Shown: piece after piece, positions 11,419 to 23,900 of the stretch | Position numbering within the stretch: position 1 is the first letter of the stretch | How the letters are laid out: the number at the start of each line of letters is the position of its first letter | Assembly (NCBI GenBank): GCA_043228905.1 | Contig: JBHGNT010000014.1 | Coordinates: forward strand, 17,112,001-17,176,000 | Origin: Azolla caroliniana | Taxonomy: Eukaryota > Plantae > Polypodiophyta | Reading direction: 5' to 3' | DNA length: 64,000 nt | Program-made: the position numbers and the translations under genes | The notes under the pieces: generated by a model | The model's database searches: none | Told to the model about the DNA's origin: nothing | What the model saw: the letters and a program-made list of their open reading frames with translations, nothing else

Positions 11419-12944
11419 CCGACTCTCTCCTCCTTGCCGCTCCCAACCTCTCCGTCGGTCCTCTTGTATATGCCCGTTCCGAGCCTCGCATCCTCATCTT
11501 CACACGTGTTCGCTCCGGGCCATTCCTTCTCACGGCCACCATCCTTCTCTCCGGTCTCCGGCCCCGATGTCGAGGGGTCTCTCCTCCGTCCGCTATGACC
11601 TTCCTCGTCTTCGTTTCGATCGTCCGCTTTGCCGCCACCACCGCCCATTGCTCTAGGTCTCACATGGGCTCTTGGGCCGACCGCCGAAGCCTCTAGGGCC
11701 GGTGTGGTTAAGGACCTAGCACCCCCACTCGTTGTGTCTGTAGTCGCTTCCGTCTGGACGTCGTTGTCCGCGGCTACCCCGCCTCCAATCGCGCAAGCCT
11801 CGATTACACTTGCTGTCGTCTCTTCCATGTCGTCGTCTCGGTTGCCCACCTTGCTGCCGCCACCGCCCGTCGCTCTAGGTCTCACGCCGGCACTCGGGCC
11901 GACCTCCGGAGCCTCTAGGACCGGCGTGTGTAAGGTCGCGGCACCGCCACTCGTTATGTTCGTAGCCACCTCTATCCGGATGTCGTTGTCCGTGGCTACC
12001 CTATCCCCGATCACGGAAGCCTCAATTACGCTTGCCGCCTCCTCTTCCTCGATCTCCTTGCCGTCGTCTTGGCTGCCTGCCTTGCCGCCGCCACCGTTCA
12101 TCACTCTAGGTCTCACACCGGCTCTCGGGCCGGATACCAGAGTCTCTAGAATCGGTGTGGGTAAGGACCCGGCACCGCCGCTTGTCTCCTCCCCACTCGA
12201 TGTTTCGGGCTGCCATGCCCCGAATCCGTAGTTACCGGCCTCCATGGCCGTCCCTTGACCACAAGGCAAGAGGGTCGCTTGCTCCGCACCTTCTCCCATG
12301 TCTCCGTCGTACGCTCTTCCGACTTCCGTATAGGCCCCGTCTTCTACGCTTAGGGAGGCTTCTTCCTCCGCATCCTCTGATCGGCTTGGGCCCAACTCCG
12401 TAATAAGCCCTTCTTCGGCTTCGAACTTCACCTTCATGCTCTTGCACACCTCCCATACCAACGCCTCGAAGTCGTACTCCTCCGGTTGATCGCGCGTTAA
12501 GCTCTTTTCCGGCGGTGGTGTGTAGCCGCCCACCTCCCTCTCTTTTCTGTCACTCGCGGGCCAAGTCGTTGCCGACCGCTCCCCATCATATTGCCGGCAT
12601 ACCCACTTTGGTTTCGCGTATCCGTATGCCTCCATTAGAGCTCCCTCGAAGGACTCCCACGACTCGTGAGCTTCTTGAAGCTCCTTGACCTCTTTATGCA
12701 CCGATATGGCCGCCACTCGACGAAAATACTCTAGCCGCATCGCTTCGTCCACGCCCCACTCCGTCATCTCGGCATCGTACACTTCCAAGAACCCCGGGAC
12801 ATCGTCCCCGTTGAATCGGCCGACTCGATTGACCACCGTCTCGACGGCTTGTTGAGCCACATCTCGCCTCGCCTTTTTCTGTCGCACATCCATCACGATC
12901 TTTGCCATCATCTCCTCGAAGTCGAAGTCTTCTTCCATCTCCAT
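11310..12944 (-). CDS. Gag capsid-like N-terminus followed by an acidic, Gly-rich repetitive tail (544 aa)
   Basis: Starts 16 nt after the PBS. VGRFNGDDVPGFLEVY..RLEYF..SWESFEGAL resembles a gypsy capsid N-terminal domain. Three ~75-aa repeats (TPxLE..GP.A.VRPR..GGGG). Confidence 0.7.
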   Translation of the reverse strand: MEMEEDFDFEEMMAKIVMDVRQKKARRDVAQQAVETVVNRVGRFNGDDVPGFLEVYDAEMTEWGVDEAMRLEYFRRVAAISVHKEVKELQEAHESWESFEGALMEAYGYAKPKWVCRQYDGERSATTWPASDRKEREVGGYTPPPEKSLTRDQPEEYDFEALVWEVCKSMKVKFEAEEGLITELGPSRSEDAEEEASLSVEDGAYTEVGRAYDGDMGEGAEQATLLPCGQGTAMEAGNYGFGAWQPETSSGEETSGGAGSLPTPILETLVSGPRAGVRPRVMNGGGGKAGSQDDGKEIEEEEAASVIEASVIGDRVATDNDIRIEVATNITSGGAATLHTPVLEAPEVGPSAGVRPRATGGGGSKVGNRDDDMEETTASVIEACAIGGGVAADNDVQTEATTDTTSGGARSLTTPALEASAVGPRAHVRPRAMGGGGGKADDRNEDEEGHSGRRRDPSTSGPETGEKDGGREKEWPGANTCEDEDARLGTGIYKRTDGEVGSGKEERVGNRPDRKMNRSIIRHDRKKSRQGRICADKHVPAGYG

Positions 12945-12959
12945 GCTCCCTTGCCGCCC

Positions 12960-12977
12960 TTCACGTCGGGTTCACCA
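12960..12977 (-). promoter_or_regulatory. Primer binding site complementary to tRNA-Trp
   Basis: The + strand reads TTCACGTCGGGTTCACCA, matching from memory the 3' 18 nt (including CCA) of plant cytosolic tRNA-Trp; 4 nt from the LTR. Confidence 0.85.
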
Positions 12978-14153
12978 AAGATGTCGCGTTGTTACGCGCA
13001 TGCGTGTAGAAGGGGCAGGACCACCGGGGTCTCGGACTAGGGAGTAGAGGAGAAAGAATAGGACATGATATGGAGGCTTAGCTCAAGAGGAGAAGAGGAA
13101 AGAATAAGACCACGACATAGAAGGAGAGATCGACGGAGGCAAGATGTTCAACAAGTTATATTAAAACAACGAATGGTTACAACAATGGTGGCCACATGGG
13201 CCGCACCAAACGACTATGAGAAAATCCTAACCGAAGATGAATTAGGAAACCCTAAACGAAACCCTAACCCTAAAACGGTAAGAACTCTAGACTAAGTGGT
13301 ATACCTCTCATACGCAAAATAGGCAACCCCTCATAAGTGACCCCTCCCTTCCTTTTATAGCCCAAGGAGGGAGGGACCTTACAATGTGGGATAGAATTTC
13401 CCCTCTTATTTCTATACATCATTTCCTAGTATACATGTGCACATGGTGCACACCACCAATTTGCCTATTCCACCCCGGTTTCCGCCTATGGACGAAAATC
13501 TTCACGACAGCGTTCCAATCTACGGTGCGGACAACACACGGTTGCTCTTGCCCGTTGGTGCTCCAATTCCCGGTGAGGACCACACATGGTCGCTCATGTT
13601 CACTTGTGTTCCTAATTCTGGTGAGGATTTCTCATGGTCGCTCATTCATCAATCTACTTTGGTTTTCTCTTTCAACTCATCCCTACACCATGCTTTCGAA
13701 AAGGCGGTCATAAAGGGGAGGATAATGTCACGACACAGTGACATAAAATATACAGTTGATTTGGATTGAACTTGCAACCTCACGTTCTACAAGATGTCAT
13801 GCTCAACCATTTTGATATGAGCATGTATTTGTATATAATATACTTGATCTAGAAATACCCTCTAGTTACATACATCTAGAAAATTTTAGAGGGTTCTAGA
13901 ATATTCTCCCAAATATTCTCAAGAATATTCTAATGCATGTACTTCAACTCACATTATAAATACCTGTAAACTCCTTGAATCCTTTCGAGGGCTTTAACAC
14001 TAGTCATTGTCACATCAATCGAGTATTCTCATTTCGCCCCATCTTGTCTCCTTGATCTTTATGCTCTTGTCTCTTTCCCAGCTTCTTAAGTTCCACGCTC
14101 TTAGCCCCATCATCCACGCTCCATCCGAGTTCGTGGTTGGTGTCTCTATGACA

Positions 14154-16530
14154 CATGGTTGTGTCGGTCCAATATACCATCGCCCGATCCTTCGTGCCGC
14201 TTACATATCGCAAGATCCTTTGTGCACACTGAAGGTGTCCAGTCGTCGATTGCGACATAAATTGACTAATCAGTCCGACTGGATAGCTAAGGTCCAGATG
14301 GGTGATGGTAAGATATATTAGGCTTCCGACCATCTATCGGAACCCTGTCGGGTCGCATGTCATGCCCGAAGCTTGGCGAAGCTTGACATTTTTGTCCAGA
14401 GGAGTTGCGATGGATTTACAATACGTCATCCCAAACTTGAAGAGTATATTCATCACATAATGTCATTGGTTGATCAATATGCCTTCCGGGGTGTGGATCA
14501 CTTCGATCCCAATGAACTAATGAAGATCCGCCAAATCCTTCATGTCGAATAATGTGGCACGCTGGGACTTGACACGAGCAATTTCCTCTAGGTCGGAGCC
14601 GACAATGACTAAATCATCAACATAAAGCAAAATGCTTACTGGCCCATTCCGACCCGGCCGGATGAACAGTGAAGAATCTGATTTCTACATAGCGAACCCC
14701 ATCTGACGCAGTCACTGCATGATCTTCGCATTCGAATCACGCGGGACTTGCTTTAGTCCGTAGAGGGACTTCTTCAGTCGGTAAACGACCGACATGTTCA
14801 ATCCGGAGTGAAATCCAGGAGGTTGCACCATGTACACTTGTTCCTCAAGTTGTATTTGCAGGAATGTGTTCTTCACGTCCATTTGATTTAGATGTCATTC
14901 CTTCGCAACCGCTACTGCCAACAACATTTGAACGGTTGTCATCTTGGCAATCGGCATAAATGTCTCGTCATAGTTGATGTCGTGTTGTTGTGCGTAGCCT
15001 TTGGCCACCAATCGGGCTTTGTATCGGTTGACGGAGTCGTCGGCGTTGTACTTGACCTTGTACACCCACCTGCACCCGATCGGCTTCACACCCTTGGGGG
15101 CATCAACCAGGTCAAATGTCTCATTTTCCGTCAATGCGCGCATCTCTTCCTCCATGGCGGCATGCCAATTTGCATCCTTCACTGCCTTTGCGTAGCTCTC
15201 CGGATCACGCATGTCTGCCACCTTCACCATAGACGCATAGTGATGCGCCATATACTCATTGTATCCATATCGAACTTCAAGGTTCTTCTGGTGGGTTGAT
15301 CAACACAATTTATGCTTTGCTGATTAGACCTCAACTCCGAAGGTTGTTCGATGCTCCTAGTCGTGCCGGATTCACTCCGATCCGATGCACTGGCCTCTGC
15401 GCCATACTCCGACATCTTCATCTTCCCCTTCTCCTTACGCATAAACCATCTCCTCGCCTTCTAGCGCGGGGACTGCACGACTAAGACTTCACTACTTGTT
15501 GGCTCTTCATCAAGTTGGCCATTCCAACTCAGTTCCCCATTCGGCCCGTTGAGTCGGAATGAGATTGGACTCTCTTCTAGAGTGTCGATATCTTGTTCAT
15601 TCAGAGGATTGTCCTCACTAGCCTCATCTCCAACAATCAGCTCAGAGTCTTTGGGGATCGAAGACGGAAGGGAATACCAAGACAACAATTCGTCAAAGAC
15701 GACATCACGAATCACTCTCACTTGCTTTGTTCGGGGATGGTAGCACTTGTACCCCTTCTACTCGTGTGAGTAGCCAACCAAGATACATTTCTCTGACTTG
15801 GCATCCAACTTCCATCGTCTCTCATTAGGTATATGCACATATGCAATGCTATCGAACACCCTGAGGTCCTTTTGCGAACATTGCGACGCCAACATCATTG
15901 GTCTCGAGGATAAAAATCCTCCTGTCTCTACGCCCACGCACGATTAGTCGACCCTCGTCCTCGATGAAGCAGCCAAGGAAATTGAATCGTACCTACATGC
16001 CTTGATCGATTATTTGAGCGATGGATACCAAGTTTTTAGCAATCATCGGAACATGCAATATGTTCCACATCACCCCCTTTTGTCCGACATTGTTGAATGG
16101 TACATCACCCATGTGCTCGACGGGATGCGTAGTGTTGTTGCTTGTTTCGACAACTCCTGGCTACTTTGGCTTCTCAAGAAAGGAGAACCATTCTGAATGA
16201 TTCATCATATGGTTGGAAGCTCCGGTGTCAACGTACCAAACCTCCTCGGGCTTCAAGGTATGTGTACCTACTCGATTAATGTTGTGCTTCAGCATGAGGG
16301 CATGGCCTGTTTCGGCTTGGCCTGAGCCTTCGGTGAAGTGTGATCTATGATGCTTATGTGCATATCCCCGGCTCTATCCGGTTGTGTCCGAATCGACACG
16401 CTTCTTCCAACCCTCGCTTTCTCTGTGGCCCTTCCGGCCACAGTACTAGCAGTTTATCGTTGGCTTCCCTTGTCAACTTCTAGCGCCATTTGAACTCCCC
16501 CTACTCATGGAGGGTCCACTACTGTCGGCA
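14154..16530 (-). mobile_element. Degraded Ty1/copia internal region (zinc knuckle, PR, partial IN, RT)
   Basis: C*YCGRKGH at ~16420-16452, VWYVDTGASNHM at ~16208-16243, RDVVFDE, PIGCRWVYKVK..YKARLVAKGY, LLYVDD at ~14615-14630; several stops and frameshifts. Confidence 0.88.
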
Positions 16531-18820
16531 CATAACTTAGGCACATTTAGCCACTCAAATTAAACCTTAAATAAAGGAAAGAAATCATATATCACACATT
16601 AAGGCAACAATATATCTTCATTTATACAAGGGAAGAGCACTTACGAAAGAATCTTATGGTTTAAGTTGGGGGTAGGAATGTTTAAGCTTTGCTTATGGAA
16701 ATGGAAGAGCAAAATCTAACGATATTAAAGATAAAGAAGTCCAACTTAAGTTACAATTCAAAAATGAAGAAGATGAAGTAGATACTAGATAGCTTGTATT
16801 TCCACTTTTATATCCCACTCACATTGTATTAAATTTTAAATTCCATCCTTTTTACACTGTTGATTATTAGGCTTTTATCCTAAGGTTCAACTAGTCTCTT
16901 TTGTTGTGTTGTTGGTGTTGTGAAAGAAGGGATCAAGGCAATACTTCCAATAGTTGCTTAACATTTCCTTGACCTAATTGGTGCACACTCATAGTGGGGT
17001 CACAAATTGTGATCCATTGGCTCCAGGTATGCACGTTACAAGCTAGGACATTGGGATTCTAATGGGGTTCAGTGTTTAAGAGGTGGGTTACAATAAGTAT
17101 TTTGTCCACAATAGGATTTGAAATTTGAAATCTCTACTTCAAGAGGCATTATACTAACCAATACAAAAAATAACATTAGGTAAAATGAAAGTAGAATTGT
17201 CAAGTCTAAATGTAGGTCTATTAGCTTTATTAATTGATATTTTGTATTATGGTTCGCCACATGGCAAATGAAACATGGAAAGTGAAAATGACCTCTTTAA
17301 CACTAATAGAGAGCTCACAAAGGATATGCATGTGAAAGAAAAGCATGAGACAAGCTGAATGTAACATGAGTTTATGAGAGAAGACATGGATAATACAGAA
17401 TAAAAAAAAGAACTATGATATATTAGGAGAAGGTAGATGCTTAGTTTATTACTATTTTATTAATCTTCTTTATTTAAACAATTATCTTTTAAAAAGCAAT
17501 TACACTAATTGCACATATTAATCTTGTTGGTTCAAACAATTCTCTTTTGAAAAACAATTGCTCTAGGTCAAGTCTAATCTATTCTAATATTGTTTATATA
17601 ATCTTGATCTCTAACTATCTTGATAATTATGTCTTTTACTGATTCTAGTCGAATCTCTCAATTAACATATAAATGACTCTCTCTTCTGTCATATTACAAA
17701 CTCTTCACCACAAAATAATCCATCTCCCCATTCAGAACCTCCACCTAGCCATGCATAGATCCATAGCTCTTAGCAAGGACAATGTCAAAGCATGTTGCTA
17801 TACCCTTATTTTGTGGTGTGTAAGACTGCGAGGATAGATAGAGTAGATCACCAACAACAATTATGATCATATGTGCCTATGTGGCACTCACATGCTATTA
17901 TGTATGGTTCCGAAAGGCATGTTTCACCATTTGATTGAATTTAAATTGAGACTTTCCTTTACATATCTTGTTGTTACATAGATGATGATTATTTATTGTG
18001 TTTGACTTTCGACATACATAGTTATCCGGAAAAGGAATTGTTTGGGAAAATTTTGTTGGGATTAACTACCATGATTTATCCTCAAAATGACCTAAAATTG
18101 AATGTATGTTGAAAAGGTGGAAGGGAAATCATAATATTTGCATGAACACTTTTCTTTGGGTATCTTCTTGTTATATTAATTGCAATCATTTATAATATGT
18201 ACGACATCAGATATATATGGACATTTCGATTAGAAATCATGTGGACAAAACATGTTGGGATTAACTACTATGGTTTATCCCCATAGCAAGCAAAAATTGA
18301 GTACATGCTTAGATCGTCAAAGGGAAATCTTAGTGTTTGGAGTTTGCCATAAGGACATGGTGCGGTGTGCATGATAGCAGAAAAATGACAAAATGGCTAA
18401 GATTTGGTTTTGGTTGATCATTGAGAGAAAAGACGACAAAATGAAGATCAAGACATTGTCGAAACATAGCTCAAATGGTAAGAGTTAGTTATTGAAACAA
18501 CATAGGTGAAAGGTTTAATATCAAATAAAGGTGACAGAGTGACAAGGAAGCATGCAGTTGTGAGGAAAAGAAGTGTCTGTAAAAGAGGTGCCACTCTTTT
18601 TATTTGAGAAAGGAGCTTCAAAATATTCTAAAATTAGCAAGACAAAACTCATTGTTGGGGTTGATGTTTTGGGAGTTTGAAAGCCTAGGCTTCAACAAGA
18701 AAACAATAACTACGAAGTATTAAATCACAAGTCTTTCCTTTGTGTATCTTGTTGTTACAAATTACAATAATCAATATAGTCATTTATAGTATGTTTGACA
18801 TTCGCCATTTACAGCTTGAG

Positions 18821-19221
18821 TAGCCATGGGTTGCCCATAGTTTGGCTCAAACCAAATCAAACCATTAAAGCTTTGGTTTAATGGTTTATCGATTCAAATA
18901 TAATTAAATGGTTTGGTTTGCTTTCAAATATCACTCAACACTTAGGTTTGGTTTCAAATATCATTAAATGGTTTAGTTTCAACTAGGTTTGGTTTCAGTT
19001 GGGTTTGTTCTAAATTTAAGGCCTTTTCATTTAATGATTAAATTAATTTAACTTAAATGTTATTTTATTAAATACATTTTGTTTAATTACTCATTAATTT
19101 GACTTAAATAGTTTTGTTTGGTTTCAACTTTTCCTTAAACGAATTGGTTTAAATGGTTTGGATTGAGTTGAAATGGTTTGGTTTTGAAGCCATTGTACAA
19201 ACCAAACTAGGCCCATACCTA
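18821..19221. mobile_element. hAT-like MITE (~400 bp)
   Basis: Degenerate TIRs (TAGCCATGGG..TAGTTTGG / CCAAACTAGGCCCATACCTA), many AAACC/GGTTT subterminal motifs, and 8-bp flanks AGCTTGAG / ATCTCAAG compatible with a CpG-decayed TSD. Confidence 0.6.
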
Positions 19222-19525
19222 ATCTCAAGTATGATTAATATCTTGGGATTAACTATAAGGACCCATTCTAATTTCAAATACAAATCATATGTGCAAATTG
19301 TCGACGTGAACTACAACCTGTTGCATAGTTGATAGTTATTGTTCTACTTGTTTCGTATACGACATCATTTGTTTGTTTGATCATATGCTTATACTAGCCT
19401 TTGTATCACAATAGAAGTGAGATGAAATGTCTACCTATGTTTTCTCTATGTACAGTTTTTAAGTAATATACTAAGGTGCATTTTTCTTTAAAAAATAAAA
19501 AAACTACGACCTGATCGGAAATCTG

Positions 19526-19674
19526 GATTTGTTTTTGCAATTATAAATGATCTTTGCTCATTAATTAGAAAATATCAATGGTTGCTCGAAATATAAATGT
19601 GATTTGTTTTTGCAATTATAAATGATCTTTGCTCATTAATTAGATAATATCAATGGTTGCTCGAAGTATAAATG
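19526..19674. repeat. 75-bp tandem duplication
   Basis: GATTTGTTTTTGCAATT starts at 19526 and 19601. Confidence 0.9.
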
Positions 19675-20094
19675 ATTGTTCAATAATTTCATATGGATCA
19701 ATGATATTATTCAATGTTTCATGAGTTAGATAATCATTTTAATTTTTAATGATTCATGAGTGTCATGTATAATTTTATTGTTTTTTTATTTTTTTATTTT
19801 GACAAATGCGTTTTAAAACACTAATATTCATTATATTCATATTTGTGAAAGTACGATAAGCCAAACAAAACACATTCACATGTAATCAAAGTGTCCATCA
19901 ATGGGGAGATTTGCACCTCATAGAAAACCCATGCAAGTTTGTCATACTTGGTCCATATATGCCATATTTGACATATAACATGTCATTTTCTCCTTTCAAA
20001 GACATTAATGTTACATTGTTTCTCTCCTTATAGTTATGACACATGTGTTAGTGATATTGACAACACACCTTGAGATAATAAAAAAGTGTACTAA

Positions 20095-20970
20095 GTATAG
20101 ACTAGTTTTTCCTAATTCCAATCCCCATCGTGATTTTTATGCACTACTCTTTTCATTGCTCATTCTTTCGTTATGAAACGTGTTCTTAATGTCGTTGACT
20201 ACATACCTTGAGTTATAGATGACTAGGAAGTGTAGTACGTAGATGCTTAGGAAGTGTATTATGTCAGAGACTAGTTTTTCTCTCTTCATAATCCATTCTT
20301 GATTTAGATGTACAAACAACTCTTTTCCTTTTGTACTCTTTGGTTATGAGGCATACGTCTTGTTAACACCCACTTCATACCTTGAGCCTTGTATATTAGG
20401 AATTATACTAGATAGAGACTAGTTTTTCTAGCTTCCAATTCATTTCTTCATATGCACTACTCTTTTCATTGCTCATTCTTTTGTTATGAAACATGTTATT
20501 AAGGCCGTTGACTACATACCTTGAGCTATAGATGACTAGGAAGTGTATTACGTAGATGCTTAGGAAGTGTATTACGTCATAGACTAGTTTTTCTCTCTTC
20601 ATAATCCATTCTTAATTTAGATGTACAAACAACTCTTTTCCTTTCGTACTCTTTGGTTATGAGACATACATCTTGTTAACACCCACTTCATACTTTGAGC
20701 CTTGTATATTAGGAATTATACTAGATAGAGAAGTCTAGTTTTTCTAGCTTCCAATTCATTTCTTCCATTCATGTGCACAACTCTTTTCCTTGCACACTCT
20801 TTGTTTATGAGACATGTGTTATGAACATTGTCTATTATAAACATTGAGCTTGAGATAATTAGGAAGTCTACAAAACATTCAGCTTGAGATTATTAGGAAG
20901 TGTATAAGATTTATAGATTATTAGAAAGTGTAGGGGTAGAGGCTAGCTTTTCTAGCTTCCCACTCCTTTC
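20095..20970. repeat. Degenerate 150-210-bp tandem array (~6 units, with a ~314-bp higher-order dimer) abutting the LOX-A start
   Basis: (A/G)G.CTAG.TTTT anchors at ~20099, 20267, 20416, 20581, 20733 and 20941. Confidence 0.85.
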
Positions 20971-20979
20971 TAGGATTCA

Positions 20980-23900
20980 ATGGAGATAATCAAAGCTACT
21001 ATTAGAATCCTCCAAGAGGACATTTTAGATCAGCTTATTCATGCTTTCCATCAAGTTTTCCAACAATCCATCGAGCTTCGCCTCGTTAGCCTTGACAATA
21101 CTTGTAAGTCGAACTATCCTCACATAATGTTTTCCTTACATTTTGCTCAAGAGGCGTGTTAATTGTGTGCTCATTTTTGTACTACTTCACAAATAATTAC
21201 ACAACACTAATCACTTGTTTTATTGTAGGTTTCAGTTTGTTAAGTCTCATGGAGCTATTAGTGTTTCATTTTTCGATGCATTTTCAGGTCCTATGGGAGC
21301 AAAAGTGAGCTCAGTGTCAATCCTATCAATGTTGGGTGGATCTCAAGATAAATCAGACACACTTCTTACAACATGTTTCTTTGTGAGTCCTGATTTTGGA
21401 AGGCCAGGAGTTATCTTATTGGACAATCATGACAACAAGGAGTTTTATCTCAAATCAATCACTTTGCAGATGCTTGATAATACCCAAATTTACTTCCCAT
21501 GCCACACTTGGATAAACCATTCCAAACTCTATTTTGGTCAACCTCGCATCTTCTTCACAAATGATGTTAGTTGCATTCTCTCTCCTCTTTCTCTTTTCTC
21601 CTAAAATTATGTATAACACAAAATTACAAAGGAACAAAGACAAGGTCAAGGTACCACTACTCATATAATAAAGACACTAATTGATGACAACTTTCTCTAT
21701 TTGTATACGCTTAGAACATTAACTCTTCACAATGATAATATATAGCATTGTAGGGAACTTTACTAGCCTAATTAGAATTATTTTGGTTTCTTGTTAATTA
21801 GATTATATTTCTCCTTGTTTTCATTTCCTTTGTAATCAACTTAGGTTATCAACTTATGTTATCAACCTACTAATAAGCTGCTTAGGTTATCAACTTATGA
21901 TCATCATATTAAATTCTTCATTCCTTATCTATCACTTCTAAATTACATGCCATATTAGTTTATTGAACTAATTGTTGATGCCTCTCTATTTCATTTTCTC
22001 TCTATTGTTATAATATTCGATCACAATTATTTTTTGTGACTAGTATTCCAATGTAATATGTATTGATCATGTGCTCATTTGGATCCACTATCAAATTCTC
22101 CAACTATGCATTGGATGCTTTATAACTAGCCACAAAAATGAAAGTTTGCATTCCAAGTCAGCCAAATTTGGGTAAAACCTCTAGAAACTCGTCTAATGAT
22201 ATTCGTGGGAACTATAAACCAAGTTATTATTTGAGAAGACAAGATAGGGGGACTTAAATCTATATCATTGTTTTATTCTAAAAATAACTTCAAAAAGTCC
22301 CTTGGTAGTTTGCATACATGCTCAATACTATTGTGGCCTGCCATAACATTAAGCCATAGGTGAACATAGTCTATTGGTTATAATTTTTCCTTTAGAAAAC
22401 CAAGCAATACTTTTGTCATAAAACATTTAAAAACTCTAAATGGTCACTAGGAGCAACATTGTCCATGGATCTATTTAACTTAGTTGAGATGTTGCATTAT
22501 CTAGTTGTGGGTTGTAAGGAAGTTTTTCAATAGTGGTAGCCAACTCAAGTGGTGGACAATGAAGAAGTAGTAAAGATAGTGAACTCATGCAAGGGATGTG
22601 TGAGAACACTCAAGTTCCTCTTTGACTAAGATAATGTCTACCCCTGCACGTCACTCCAATAATGTTGTAATTCCAACTACTTTGAGACATACATGATTGC
22701 TCAACACTCAAGCATGAAAATACTTAATAAACACTTCAATTTAAGTCGAACGAAAGAAGTTATGTTCACAATATAACAATAAATTTGTACCCACTTTTTG
22801 TCTACCTTCGTCATGCTTGTTATATATATTTATCCTAGGCCCTTTATAGGCTAAAGTGACTTGCAATCATGGCTTGCTCCTCAAAAACTGAATGCTTTAT
22901 CCTCTAAAAATTCCCACACAACCCATAGTTGGGCCCTTATGTGGCCCTTGGATTTAGGCATTTTTCTATTTATAAATTTGTTTTGTATATTGAATTTACA
23001 TGTCCCTTGTAGAATGATGGGCACAAACTCTCACCAACCACTATATTACAGTTGAAAGGAAAGGGCTAGTTATAGAAATGGAGCATACTTGTTTCATGTG
23101 CCAAGGTCCACACGTGGTAATGACGTAATTGCCCAAACACGGAGGACTATTATAACTATGCCACTATATTGCCTGCAATATAACCATGGAGGCATATGAT
23201 ATTGAAAATGCCATTAGATTATATAGGCATCACTCCAAGGAACAACAAGATTAAAATCCTGCCCTGCCAACTATATCTAATGTTAAATAGTGGAGATAAG
23301 AAACCAAAGCATCAAAAGTGTATATTTTTTCATTCATGGCATGATTTGTGTGCTATACTATTAGAATATATAGGCATCACTCCAACCAAGGAACAACAAG
23401 ATTAAAAATCCTGCCAACTATATCTATATCTAATGTTAATTAGTGGAAATAAGAAATCAAAGCATCAAAATTGCATATTTTTTCTCATTCATTGCATGAC
23501 TTGTGTGCTATACTACTACTTGTATAGCCTTACCTTCCGGGCAAAACCCCACCGGCACTTGTGAAGTATCGTCGAAGAGAACTTCTTTCGCTTCGGGGTG
23601 ATGGGACTGGCGAGAGGGTGCATGGGCAACGAATATACGATTTTGATGTCTACAATGACTTTAGCAACCTGGATCACGATTTGAAGCTCAAAAGGCCCAT
23701 TTTAGGGGGCTCCAACGAATACCCATATCCTCGTCGGTGTAGAACCGGAAGAAAGCACACAAAACATGGTGAGCTATGTCAATGAATTATATTAAGCACA
23801 AACATTTAGTGTACAATATGACCCTTGCTAAAGGTATAACTATACAACATGATGCTCTTAATGTCTCTTACTATGCAAAACTAATGCATGGGAAAGTTAA

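Larger units (their letters stand above)
8667..13509 (-). mobile_element. Gag-only (pol-less) Ty3/gypsy-like LTR retrotransposon, TR-GAG-like
   Basis: 528-bp LTRs at 8667-9194 and 12982-13509 (about 14 substitutions by eye); TG..CA ends; 4-bp TSD GCAT/GCGT; tRNA-Trp PBS; no PR, RT, RH or IN motifs in any listed ORF. Confidence 0.88.
7169..14153 (+). mobile_element. Non-coding (LARD/TRIM-like) LTR element of a chromovirus-type family; 5' LTR 7169-7513 (5'-truncated), 3' LTR 13726-14153; hosts the 8667-13509 insertion
   Basis: 7169-7513 aligns to 13840-14153, both ending GTGGTTGGTGT..ATGACA. PPT AAGGGGAGGATAA at ~13713-13725. The internal region has no gag/pol, only repeats. The two LTRs are diverged, so their pairing is inferred. 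Confidence 0.7.

Noticed and set aside
9069-12231. Long plus-strand ORFs (160, 381, 182 and 200 aa) in the gag-only element
   Set aside because: Shadows of GC-rich, repetitive minus-strand sequence; no recognisable domains.
12960-12977. tRNA-Trp gene
   Set aside because: Only the 3' 18 nt with CCA are present, next to an LTR; this is a PBS.
21749-22800. Possible LTR plus gypsy remnant in LOX-A intron 2
   Set aside because: Too degraded to support by eye; no partner LTR or clear motif.
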